Source: Octopus bimaculoides
Taxonomy: Eukaryota
Length of the DNA stretch: 64,000 bases
Assembly: GCF_001194135.2 (NCBI RefSeq)
Contig: NC_069000.1
Location: 18,983,723 to 19,047,722 of the forward strand
Reading direction: 5' to 3'
Shown here: piece by piece, positions 51,379 through 62,373 of the stretch
Position numbering within the stretch: position 1 is the stretch's first letter
How the letters are laid out: the number at the start of each line of letters is the position of its first letter
Position numbers and translations under genes: made by a program
Notes under the pieces: generated by a model
Databases searched by the model: none
What the model was told of the DNA's origin: nothing
What the model saw: the letters and a program-made list of their open reading frames with translations, nothing else

Positions 51379-51818
51379 GACAACAAGCTGGCAAAATTGT
51401 TAGCACGCAGGGAAAATTGTTTAGCATTTCATGTCTTTATGTACTGAGTTGAAATTCCACTGAGATCGACTTTGCCTTTCGTCCCCTCAGGGTTGATAAA
51501 ATATGTACCAGTTGAGTACTGGGTCGATGTAATCAACTATCTATCTCCCCTAAATTTCAGGCCTTGTGCTTGTAGAAGAAAGGATTATTATTATTATCAT
51601 TATCAAGCCAGTGAACTAGCAGACTCATTTGCATGCTGGGCAAAATGCGTAGTGGCATTTCGTGCATCCTTATGTTCTGAGTTCAAATTCCACCGAGCTT
51701 GACTTTGTCTTTCATCCATTAGGGGTTGATAAATTAAGTACCAGTGAAACACTGGGTTCAATGTAATCAACTAGGCCCCTCCCACAAAATTTTGGGCCTT
51801 GTGCTTAAAGTAAAAAGG

Positions 51819-51868
<50 letters not shown>

Positions 51869-52535
51869 TACTACCTCCACCTTAGCAGAGATATTGTTTT
51901 CAGTCATGTTTGTTTGTTTGTTTGTCTGTGGACAAGATATCTCAAGAACTGCTGGATGAATTTGGATGAAACTTTCAGGTATGTTTGGCCTCGTGGCTGG
52001 CACGAACTGATTAGATTTTGGAGGTACCGGACAAGGATTCTGGATTATTTTTCCTGTTTGTGGTCGGGTTCATTTTTAATATTCTTGTTTGTGAGAGCAG
52101 TTGAGTTAATTTCAGATATTCTCATTTTAAAAATCATCTCTGGCTAATTGTTGAGAGGACGTTGGTGTTGCCTTGGCGGAGGTTTGCGCTCTGAGTACTC
52201 TTATTATTATTATCAAGGTGGCAAACTGGCAGAATCATTCATATGCCGGGCAAAATGCTTAGCGGCATTTCGTCTGTGATTTGACTGCTATTTCTAGGAG
52301 TTTGAACAACTGTGTAGAGGCTGAGTTCAAATTCCACAGAGGTCAGATTTGCCTTTCATCCTTTCTGGGTCAATAAATTAAGTACCAGTTGAGTACCAGG
52401 ATCGATGTAATTGAAGTATTTGTCTTATCCCTTATCCCAAGCATTTTGTCTGTTTTTATGTTCTGAGTTCAAATCCCTTTTAGGGTTGATTAAATAAGCA
52501 ACAGTCAAGCACTGTGCTTAAAGTAAAAAAGGATG

Positions 52536-52581
<46 letters not shown>

Positions 52582-52780
52582 GGGTAGTTAGCTGGCAGCA
52601 CTCAGACAAAATGCTTTGCCATATTTGTTTCAGCTCTTTATATAGTAATTCAAATTCTGCCAAGGTCAGTTTTGCTTTCAGACTTCTAAGATAGATAAAA
52701 TAAAGTTTCAGTCAAGTACTGGGGTCAATTTGATTTATCCCTTATCCCAAATTTGTGACCTTTTACCTCCAAAAGAAATT
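50283..52780 (+). mobile_element. tandem array of about 9-10 diverged tRNA-derived SINE copies separated by (ATT)n
   Basis: About 220-bp unit: aaggcggtgagctggcagaa..ctgagttcaaattcc..gactttgcctttcatcctt..gataaaataagtaccagtt..caggccttgtgc..agaaaggattattatt. The central block recalls the MetaSINE domain (from memory). Confidence 0.85.
51872..52200 (+). mobile_element. non-autonomous DNA element resembling Helentron/DINE-1-type HINEs, nested in the SINE array
   Basis: Subterminal inverted motifs cctccacc / ggcggagg, an internal (GTTT)n tract and a gatgaatttggatgaaactt block; inserted in an (ATT)n tract. Confidence 0.45.
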
Positions 52781-53386
52781 AATATTATCTTTATTATAAA
52801 GTATTATTAATTATAATCGAGATGATTTAGATAAAAATGTATAATGTAACTAAGACAAATATTTAACTAACTTACATTAGATATGAACCTAAACCTAATT
52901 AACTGGTCTGAGATGGTTACAAATAAAACCTGGGGACTGCTTTGCGTATATAAATTGCCACTGAAATTAGAATATTTTTAAAATCAATTTATAACAGCAA
53001 TATGATCAAAATTAAATTAGACTTATATGTAAAAATGTGCAGTTCAATTTGTTAACATCTAAACCCTAGAGCCAATAAGGTAGCCTCTACACAGTTGTTC
53101 AAACTCCTAGAAATAGCAGTCAAATCTTTGTCAAATCACACTGTCATTTCAAAAAGGATGGGCCACACTGGCCGATGTAATCCTAGATATACACAATGCT
53201 CAAGTTAGAGGTGGATGGCCATGACTGGAAATTCTTTGATCATCGTTTAAATGGTCCTTGTATATGCATGACTGATATTTATTTTATCAACTTTGATGAG
53301 ATTCAAAAACAAAATTAAATACAATCAAACACTCAGTCCAACAATATAATTTTTACCACTTCACTTTTAACAGTAATCTGTTGTAC

Positions 53387-53805
53387 AGGCACAGGCATGG
53401 CTGCATGGTTAAGCAATTTGCTACCCTATTTATGTGGCTTTGGGGTCGGTCTATGGCATGGAACTTTGGGCAAATGTCTTCTACAACAGCCCTGGTCTAA
53501 CCAAAAAATTTGAGAATGAATTTCATAGACAGAATCTAAAAAGAAACCCATTATACGTGTTTGTCTTTATTGTAATATTGTGCGCTAAGCGTGAACAGAT
53601 ATCATGATCATACGAGTGACAGTGCTTTGCAATTGCTCTAAAAAACATGTCCAAACTCAAAGAAAATATTACCTTGCTTAGAAACAAGCGAGGATTGGAA
53701 ACACAAGGAGCATCTAGTCATAGAAAATCTGCCCCAATGAATCTTGTCTGACCCATGCAAGGATAGAAAAGTGGACACTAAAATGACAACAACGGTGACG
53801 ATGAA
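53387..53805 (+). mobile_element. full-length CORE-type SINE
   Basis: aggcacaggcatggctgcatggttaag head, gcatggaactttgggcaaatgtcttctac core, acccatgcaaggatagaaaagtggacac tail. Confidence 0.7.
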
Positions 53806-53989
53806 CACAAATTTTCAGAAAGTGAATAGTAATTGAATCAACACCGATATAGTACTGTTATGTAAATTTCTACCAACCACAAACAAAGGAAAAGCAAAAA
53901 TCAAACTACGAATGCAGAGAAATGCTCTACGTTTCCGCTATTTGATTGCCTTTTATAATAATAATAACAACAATGTCTTGGCACAAAGC

Positions 53990-54941
53990 CAAAAATTTTG
54001 AGGAATGGGGACAATTGATCAAATCAACTCCAGTATATGTTTGGTATTATATTAATAACCCTGAAATAATGGAAAGCAGGTTTTGAAGTCACAATGTAAA
54101 GGGACATAACTAAATCCAGCAAGACATCTAGTCTGGCGCTCTCTTAGTTCTGCCATCCACTGTCCTAACAATAGTATAAATGATTTCTAACAGACACAAG
54201 GCAATATATTTTGGGGAAGGGTATAGATGATTATATGAACAACATTATTTGAAGAATATCCATTTTACTGATTCTGGAAAGGTGAAAGGCAAGGATGATT
54301 TCAGTAGGTTTGAATGCATTACACAACTAACTACCACAAATGCCCTACCATTTCAACCATTTAATGTCCTCCACTGCCCTTATTAATCATAACGATGATC
54401 TATATTCATACAAAGCAAAAGAAATACAATATCATTTATAACTATTGACAGCTAAATTTGCTTTACTATTTAAAATAATCATAATTATCTAGTTTAGTTT
54501 TCAAGTATTTAAAGACATTTAAATTTAGAAAATCTACTTTTAAATAATAATAATCCTTTCTACTAAAGACACAAAGCCTAAAATTTGGTAAGAAGGGATT
54601 AGTCAATTACACTGACCCCAGTACACATCTGGTACTTATTTTATCAACCCCGAAAGGATGAAAGGCAAAGACAACTTCGGCAGAATTTGAACTCAGGATG
54701 TAAAAACGGATGAAATACCACTGAGCATTTTCCCTAGTGTGCTAACAATTCTGCCAACTCATCGTTTTAAAAATAATAATAATAATCTTTTCTACTATAG
54801 GCACAAGGCCTGAAATTTGGGGACGGGGGCTAGTCAATTATATCAACCCCAGTATTCAACTGGTACTTATTTTATCAACCCTAAAAGGATGAAAGGCAAA
54901 GTCGATCATGATGGCATTTCAACTTAGAAAAAAAAGAAGGA

Positions 54942-54996
<55 letters not shown>

Positions 54997-56030
54997 CAAC
55001 AACAATGCTTTTCAAATTTTGGCACAATGCCAGTAGTTTCAGGTTGGAGGCAAGTTGATTACATTGACCCCAGTGATCTACTGGTACTTATTTTTTTACC
55101 CCGAAAGGATGAAAGGCAAAGTGGAGACCTTGGCAGAATTTGAACTCAGAACATGAAGATGGACAAAATGCCACTAAGCGTTTTGACTGTCAGGCTAACG
55201 ATCTTGCCAGCTTACCATCTTCATCGTTTAACGTCCGCTTTCCATGCTAGCATGGGTTGGACGATTTGACTGAGGACTGGTGAAACCGGATGGCAACACC
55301 AGGCTCCAAATAATAATCCTCTCTATTATAGGCACAAAATCTGAAATTTTAGAGGAGGGAGCTAGTTGATTACATCAACCCAAGCACCTAACTGGTATTT
55401 ATTTCACCCACCCTGAAAGAATAAAAAGAAAAGTCAAACTTGATAGCATTTGAACTCAGAATGTAAAAACGGATAAAATGTCCGGTATGGTAACAATTCT
55501 GCCAGCCCGCCATCTTAACAACAATTTTATCACAAAGCCAGCAATTTTGAGAGGATAGGAAGTTGATTACATTGACTCCAGTGATGAATGGATACTTATT
55601 TTATTGACCCTAGAAGAATAAAAGGCAAAATCAACCACAGCAACATTTGAACTTGGAACACAAAGAGAGAGCATTTAGTCTGGCATGGTAACGAGGCCTG
55701 AAATTTTGGGCAAGACAGCTAATTGATTACATCAAGCCCAGTACTCAAATGATACTTAATTCATCAAGCCTGAAGAATGAAAGATAAAATCAACCCTAGT
55801 AGTAATTGAACTTAAGACATAAAGAAGCGGAAAAAATGCTACCAAGCATTTTGTCCAGTGTGGTAACAATTCTGCCAGCTCACCTTAATAACAATAATAA
55901 TAATAATAATAACAATGATGATGATAGTACTGTCTGAGGTCCTTGTTTTGACTTGCGGGACAGAACAAACCCCCGGTAGACACAATATCTTCAATCAACA
56001 TCATGATATTGGATACTGTGTGACGTCTTA

Positions 56031-56062
<32 letters not shown>

Positions 56063-56620
56063 TCCTTTCTACGAAAGGCACAAGGCCAGAAATTTTTGGG
56101 GAGGGAACTAGTTGATTACATTGATTGCAATGTGTAACTGGAATTCATTTCATCGACCCCAAAAGGATGAAAGCTAAGTCAACCCCGGCAGCATCTGAAC
56201 TCAGGATGGACAATAATAATCCTTTCAAGGCCTGAATTTTGGGGGGAGGATGCCAGTCAATTATATCGACCCCAGTGCTTGACTGGTATTCATTTTACCA
56301 ACCCTGAAAGGATGGAAAGCAAAATCAACCTCAGCGGAATTTGAACCCAGAACATAGAGATGGATGAAATGCTGCCAGGCATATTGTCCGCCAGCTCGCC
56401 ACTCAAATAATAATAATAATAATTCTTTCTACTATATATATATACAAGTCTGAAATTTTGGGGGATGGGCTAGTCAATTGCATTGACCGCAGTGTTCAAT
56501 TGGTACTCATTTTCTCGACCCCCAAATGGATGAAATTTGAACACAGCATGTAAAAATAGACAAAATGCCACTATGCATTTTGTCTGGTGTGCTAATGGTT
56601 CTGCCAGCTCGACACTTTAA
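53990..56620 (-). mobile_element. tandem array of about 10-11 diverged SINE copies, opposite orientation to 50283-52780
   Basis: Repeated aataataatcctttctac..ggcacaaggcctgaaattt..ctggtacttattttatcaaccc..aaaggatgaaaggcaaag..gaatttgaactcag..ctgccagctc. A young RTE-like tail is inserted at about 55220-55310. Confidence 0.85.
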
Positions 56621-57361
56621 AAATAATAATGAAAGAATTTAGTTTCGCCCAACAACTTATTTGCTTATTATTTCCTTTTCTATGAGGATCATGTTTTATT
56701 TAAGAGCTAAGCTAAACCCATTGTCACTAACCGCGAGACTGAATCAACTGGTTTTGCTACTATTAGAGTTTACTAGTGATTCCTACACAAGTTTATTAAA
56801 AATGCATAGCTTTAATAAATATATAACTGGAAATAGATATTTAAAATATGTGCACAGGCAAATGTCTGCAAGTAAGCATGCATGCGTATGTACATGTGAA
56901 CGGTTATGAGAATTTGCATATGTATCTTTGAATGCAATTAGTTTCAGAAATATGTGCGTGTGTGCAAACAGATGTGTACTAATGCGTATTCACTTGTGTA
57001 GACATAAATGTGTGACCACATACAAGTATATATATATATAAGTGTATGTATGTAAAGGTAGATGTCTACAGGTGTGGGAGGCATACACATGTGTAAAAAT
57101 GTTGTCTAAGTATAGTGTACGCATGTGGACTTTTGTGTGCGCGCATGTGTAATAAACGTGCAATACATTTTATACACATATATAATAATAATAATAATGA
57201 TGATGATAATTTGATTTTGATTAAACTTTTTAACATCAAATTCAGAATAAAATTTGAAGATGGAACCTATATACCAGATGGCGTTAACAACACTAACTAC
57301 ATACGCACACATATATATAAATAGCGTGAAACTATTATTAGTGCTTTTGGTTATGCATTAG

Positions 57362-57396
<35 letters not shown>

Positions 57397-60005
57397 CACA
57401 CGCACAAACAAACATAGAGAAAGAGAGAGCCGTTATGAAACAAGGGAGGATAAAATGTACTATAAAAAGGACCCAGTCAGCATCAAAAGATTTTCCATAA
57501 TTCTTTCAAAATATCCTCATTACTGGAGTATGTAATAACAGAAGGGTATAAAGCTTCTTTGAGTCATGTGCCTCTCACTCTAGAGAAGTTAATGGCCTAT
57601 GGATTATGTCTTGCTACCTGTGTCATAGTGTAGAATTGCATCGAATAATAGAAAATGTTTGAACAAATATAGAAGTTCTGGTATGAACCAAATACTAGTG
57701 GTTTCCAATTAGTAAAATGTATATAAATGTTTAGATCCTGTTTAGTGGCTGTTCAAAATTAACTCTAAAATCAGACACCACTATGTAACACTTTTTGAAA
57801 AAGACTTCATTTCATTTTAATCTGTTGCGCTGGTTAGGAGTATAATTAAGTTATTGCACAGAATAATTTGGATATACTTTAATGATGGTCTTTACTTTGT
57901 ATTACAACATCCCTTAAAGTGATATATTGATGCGATTTAAATGGCAATCATATGACATGGCAAAGAAGGGTTTACCAAGAGGTCTCTCGATAAATTATCA
58001 GCTTATCAGAAATACGCTAAAGTATATTTGTGACAATACATTAAAAAGAAATGTTAGCGCTCTAAATAATTAAATGTAAGTTCTGAAATATAACTATGAC
58101 TGCAAAAGCTACTGAAAGAATGTGATCACAATAACTGCGCATGTGCTTTTATCACACCACTACTTAGAGTAGTAGTATTATCACTTCCACTCTTTAACTG
58201 AAAAATTTGCTGAAAATGTAGAAAAATTTAATTCTAGAATTGTAATCTACTCCTATCAAAATGCCAGTAGCCAATTAGCTACTTATAACTAATGTGAATT
58301 GAATATATTACAGAGAAAAAGTAGTGTTTAAAATGGAAAACTTTTTGAAGTGATTAAAATAACAACAGGCATGAAAGAAATAGTTATACCTCTACAGAAT
58401 TGAAGTTCAATTTGAGAAAAGATTAAATTTTATGAAGAAAAATATGCAATCAAATAGACAGATAAAGTACTATACAGTATAACAACTCTTTTAATGATTT
58501 GTTTGAAATAAATGTTAACATTTAAACAGATTCCTTATATGATCACGACAAAGGCGACAATAAATTGTTGAATGTATTTTAACAGAAATTTAATTCTACA
58601 TGTATGTAACAGAGTATCTTACCTTACATTGAACATTTTAAAAGAATACATAATATACAAGTCTGTCCAAGATGGCGAGTATTTTTCCTTTCAGAGAAAT
58701 TATGCACTAAATAGGTGTTACCACTGGGGCTGCTTAAAACTGCAGTTGCATGCATTGCGCATGTACTACGACCAGGCCACTCCTACCACGTTGACGAAGG
58801 CAGAATGATAAAGCTAAGATAAGATGCATTGAAGCAGGCACAGCATTTGTTGCAAGAAATCTGTGACTATGTGTAACTACTTATTTTGGTATACTATTTT
58901 ATCTAAATTGCGACGACAGCAGCTTGGTTGTTCACTTAATTTTCTAAGTTTATTACACACACACCACACACAAAAAGCGTAAAAATGAACGCATGCACGT
59001 TCAACCTCTGTGAGAAGTTATGCTAACGTTATGATGAATTTACAAGATATCTGGTTTAAAGAAAGATTAAAAAGTTGTTTTACATTTTACTGGAAATGCT
59101 TTACAGCAAAATTAGAGACTTCAAAATATCACTAAAGTTATTGGTAAAAGAAAAAAATGCTGGAATAAACTAACTTGATCAAGGTAAAACAAAGTAAAAA
59201 GTTGCTAAATATTATTCGAAAACTATTTCCTTACATGAGTTTTGTCTAAACTAAAACTTGTAAGATATATCTCATTAAGATAAATAATCTCGAAAAGTAT
59301 TCAAAACTGAATTCTAAGTTAGGGGGGAAATGAAATTCATAAAGTAACTAAAAAATATATCCAGCCCTAATGTAACTGTTGAAAAGGGAGGGGGATGAGT
59401 AGTAAAGAGGGGAAGATTGCAACGGTTGCAAGAAGCATTTAATTTAAATACAGTTGATTCGTTCAATTTAGATTTCAAAAATTCAACTATTTGTGATAAT
59501 TTCAGAATAAAATTACAACTAAATATTATCAAATACTTATTGACTTATTTCAATTTAAAAATAAAAAGTAAAAATTAAGATTTGAATAATATTGTAAGTT
59601 TATTCATCAAGTTATATTGAATTCAGCAAACCAATGCAACAGATATGATTTACTTCAAAATTATTTCATCTACATGCACAGATATTAAACTAACCAAGTA
59701 GTTTGTTTTAAGTATTATATATCTATTTTCCAATTAATATGAACCGAATTTCAATAATTTAGAGTTTTTCATTGCGCATGTGTTTTTTGCCATGAAGAAA
59801 ACTCTATACTACTGTAGGTTATATTTCAGTGCATTATAAATAGAAGAAAAAGACACTTTGCTATATGTAAGTAAAGCAAATGTTTCTTTTGATTTCTCCA
59901 GCGATAAAAGAATTTCTAACAAAGAAATCTTTTTAGAAAAATTAAGTCATTTCAGTAAAAATAATAACACTGTATGTTTGTGCTATATGTATATGTATAT
60001 GTACA

Positions 60006-60043
<38 letters not shown>

Positions 60044-60977
60044 NNNNNNNNNNNNNNNNNNNNNNNNNNNNNNNNNNNNNNNNNNNNNNNNNNNNNNNNN
60101 NNNNNNNNNNNNNNNNNNNNNNNNNNNNNNNNNNNNNNNNNNNNNNNNNATGCACACACACAAACATACCCACCTACTATGATTTTTTTTTTTTATCTTG
60201 TAAAAAGAAAAATTACACGGTAGGGCTTCACATAATATAATTAGAAATAAATTACTGCAAAAAGAACCTTATTAATCTAGAATTGATAAGCGATAAATAT
60301 TACATGTAGTTAAAAAAGCAATGTGAGACAATATCAGTTAGAATTATACATCACCAATGAACAGCTTTTAAATTTCCTATTACATAGCCATCGTTGCAGA
60401 TATCTCGATTCAGTTGTTCTACAGAGGTCGTATATGCGCATGCGTTTTTGCCACACCACTCCTACCAGTTTCGAGAAGACTACATATTCTGTGTGCTGAA
60501 ATCCACATGGAAGAAATAAAGTTGAAATATAAGTACAAATTCTCATAGGAAATTTGTCATTAATAATTAAAAGTTTGCTGAATACTATAACTATCTGTCA
60601 ATTAGCACACTAACCTACTGAATCCTCTATGCAATCATTTAAAAAGTCTGCTTGCTATAAAGTACATACTTCACATTGTTTCAGCTCTACAAATATCAAT
60701 TTAATTCCCACCTCACTTCCAAAGTCTTCTGTTTTAACTTAAATTGCTTTTCATTTTGATTTTCTTTTTAAGAAAAAACTCGCTTGGATTAACATTCAAA
60801 GATAATGTAGGAAAAAAAAAACGAAACAAAAAACAGCAATCAATTCTGATTAAATATGTACAAAATCAACTTGGCTATGAAGTAATAGTTCTATTACTTA
60901 AGAGCTTTGTACTGGTTTCATAAAACCTGAAGAGAGTAAAAGCAAGTTGTTGCCCTTACCTGCCAGCAGAGCACACA

Positions 60978-61205
60978 TGACCCAGACAGGAATTTTAGTG
61001 AGTTGCAGAGAGTATGCCAGATAGTAAAGATCTTACCCATGACCTCAATGACTTATTCCCATTGCAATACTAAGCAGTGAAAAAGAAACAAAACTGACGC
61101 CTGCTTCTTTCTGTAATAAAATGACATGGTCTGATAAGTGACCTGAAGGAGGAAACTACCTATACCTTGTAAGTGTGTGCGTGTCTATATATATATGTGT
61201 GCGTG

Positions 61206-61249
<44 letters not shown>

Positions 61250-62373
61250 TACACATATATATATATACATATATATACATATATAACAGACAGACACACT
61301 CTCATGCATAATTACTCCGTGTACATGAGAAGGGGAACCCCGCTGTCTCATTTTACATACATTAAACACTATGCCCACATTTTGGCAATGTGGTTGCGCA
61401 GTCACCGGCTTCTATATAGCTACGCATGCGCTATGTTATATTTCTTAGGATGTACAGTCATCGTCGACAGAAATGAAAGGAGTACCTCATGTCAGGTCAC
61501 TAAAAAGATTAAGATTCTGTCCCGCCATCTTTGTACCACATGGTATATTCAACAATATATTAAATACAACAATAGACCAGAAAAAAATAATTACATGTGG
61601 CAATAATGAGTAAAGAAGATGACTTCTATTTGAAAATTACATCAAAGGATTTTATAGCTGTTTTTAACAGAAAGGGAGGGAAGTACCACAAATCAATGCA
61701 CCAAGCACAAGCTATTTCCATATTAAAAACAAAAATAATATTCAAATATAATACATTTTTTTCAGAATGGAACATACAAGAGGTATGCCATTTCATTAAA
61801 GTTTTTTTTTTTTTAAAAACCCTACCCAGTAACAAATGAAATATCATGACAGTAAGTAACTGAATTGAGTTCTATTATTATCATTAAGAGGCATAAAAGG
61901 TAGCTAATATACAGTAAACGATTCACATTCAAAAAGGGAGAAGATGGCAAAAGAGAGATGGAGATATTATGAAACAGCGATGTAATAAATTTCACAACAA
62001 AATGTTACATCGGCAATGATTAGGTAATTTCAAACAAAGCAACAAAAAAGGTATTGAGTAATCTGTAAAAGAATATAGATCATTATCAAAACAGAATTAA
62101 ATATGCAGACAGTCATGGGTTTACATTTAAGTCTGCCTCGCCTCCATCTTTTTTAGTAGTCAAATGCTGTGCTTAGCTGCTACTTACCACACAGTGGCAA
62201 CAATTTTATAGGCATAATTCAACAGGGCCTTTCGTTAGCTGATGCTGCTGCAGTGATTACAAGGTAACAATCCATTAGGTCATACGTAACATGTCTGGTG
62301 AACCCAATCTGCGGGGACCACTTTGCCTAAGTCCTTGCCACGGGCTAGTTTACAGGTTTAACTAATCTGACCT
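60978..62373. promoter_or_regulatory. cluster of RGGTCA nuclear-receptor half-sites including a DR3-like element
   Basis: TGACCC 60978, TGACCTcaaTGACTT 61040-61054, TGACCT 61139, AGGTCA 61494, AGGTCA 62277, TGACCT 62368. Confidence 0.3.
61037..61069 (-). ncRNA. candidate non-coding exon with alternative donors (61037 or 60960)
   Basis: Acceptor ttttgtttctttttcactgcttag|; donors TGG|GTAAGA and CAG|GTAAGG. All three frames of the long form contain stops. Confidence 0.3.

Larger units (their letters stand above)
12780..60149. other. assembly gaps at 12780-12789, 13894-13989, 45413-45512, 50983-51074 and 60044-60149
   Basis: N runs, mostly adjacent to microsatellites or repeats; typical of a short-read scaffold. 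Confidence 0.99.

Noticed and set aside
50283-56620. CRISPR-like array or tRNA gene cluster
   Set aside because: Eukaryotic context; units are about 220-bp diverged SINEs whose tRNA-like heads cannot form a cloverleaf, with no constant repeat and unique spacer pattern.
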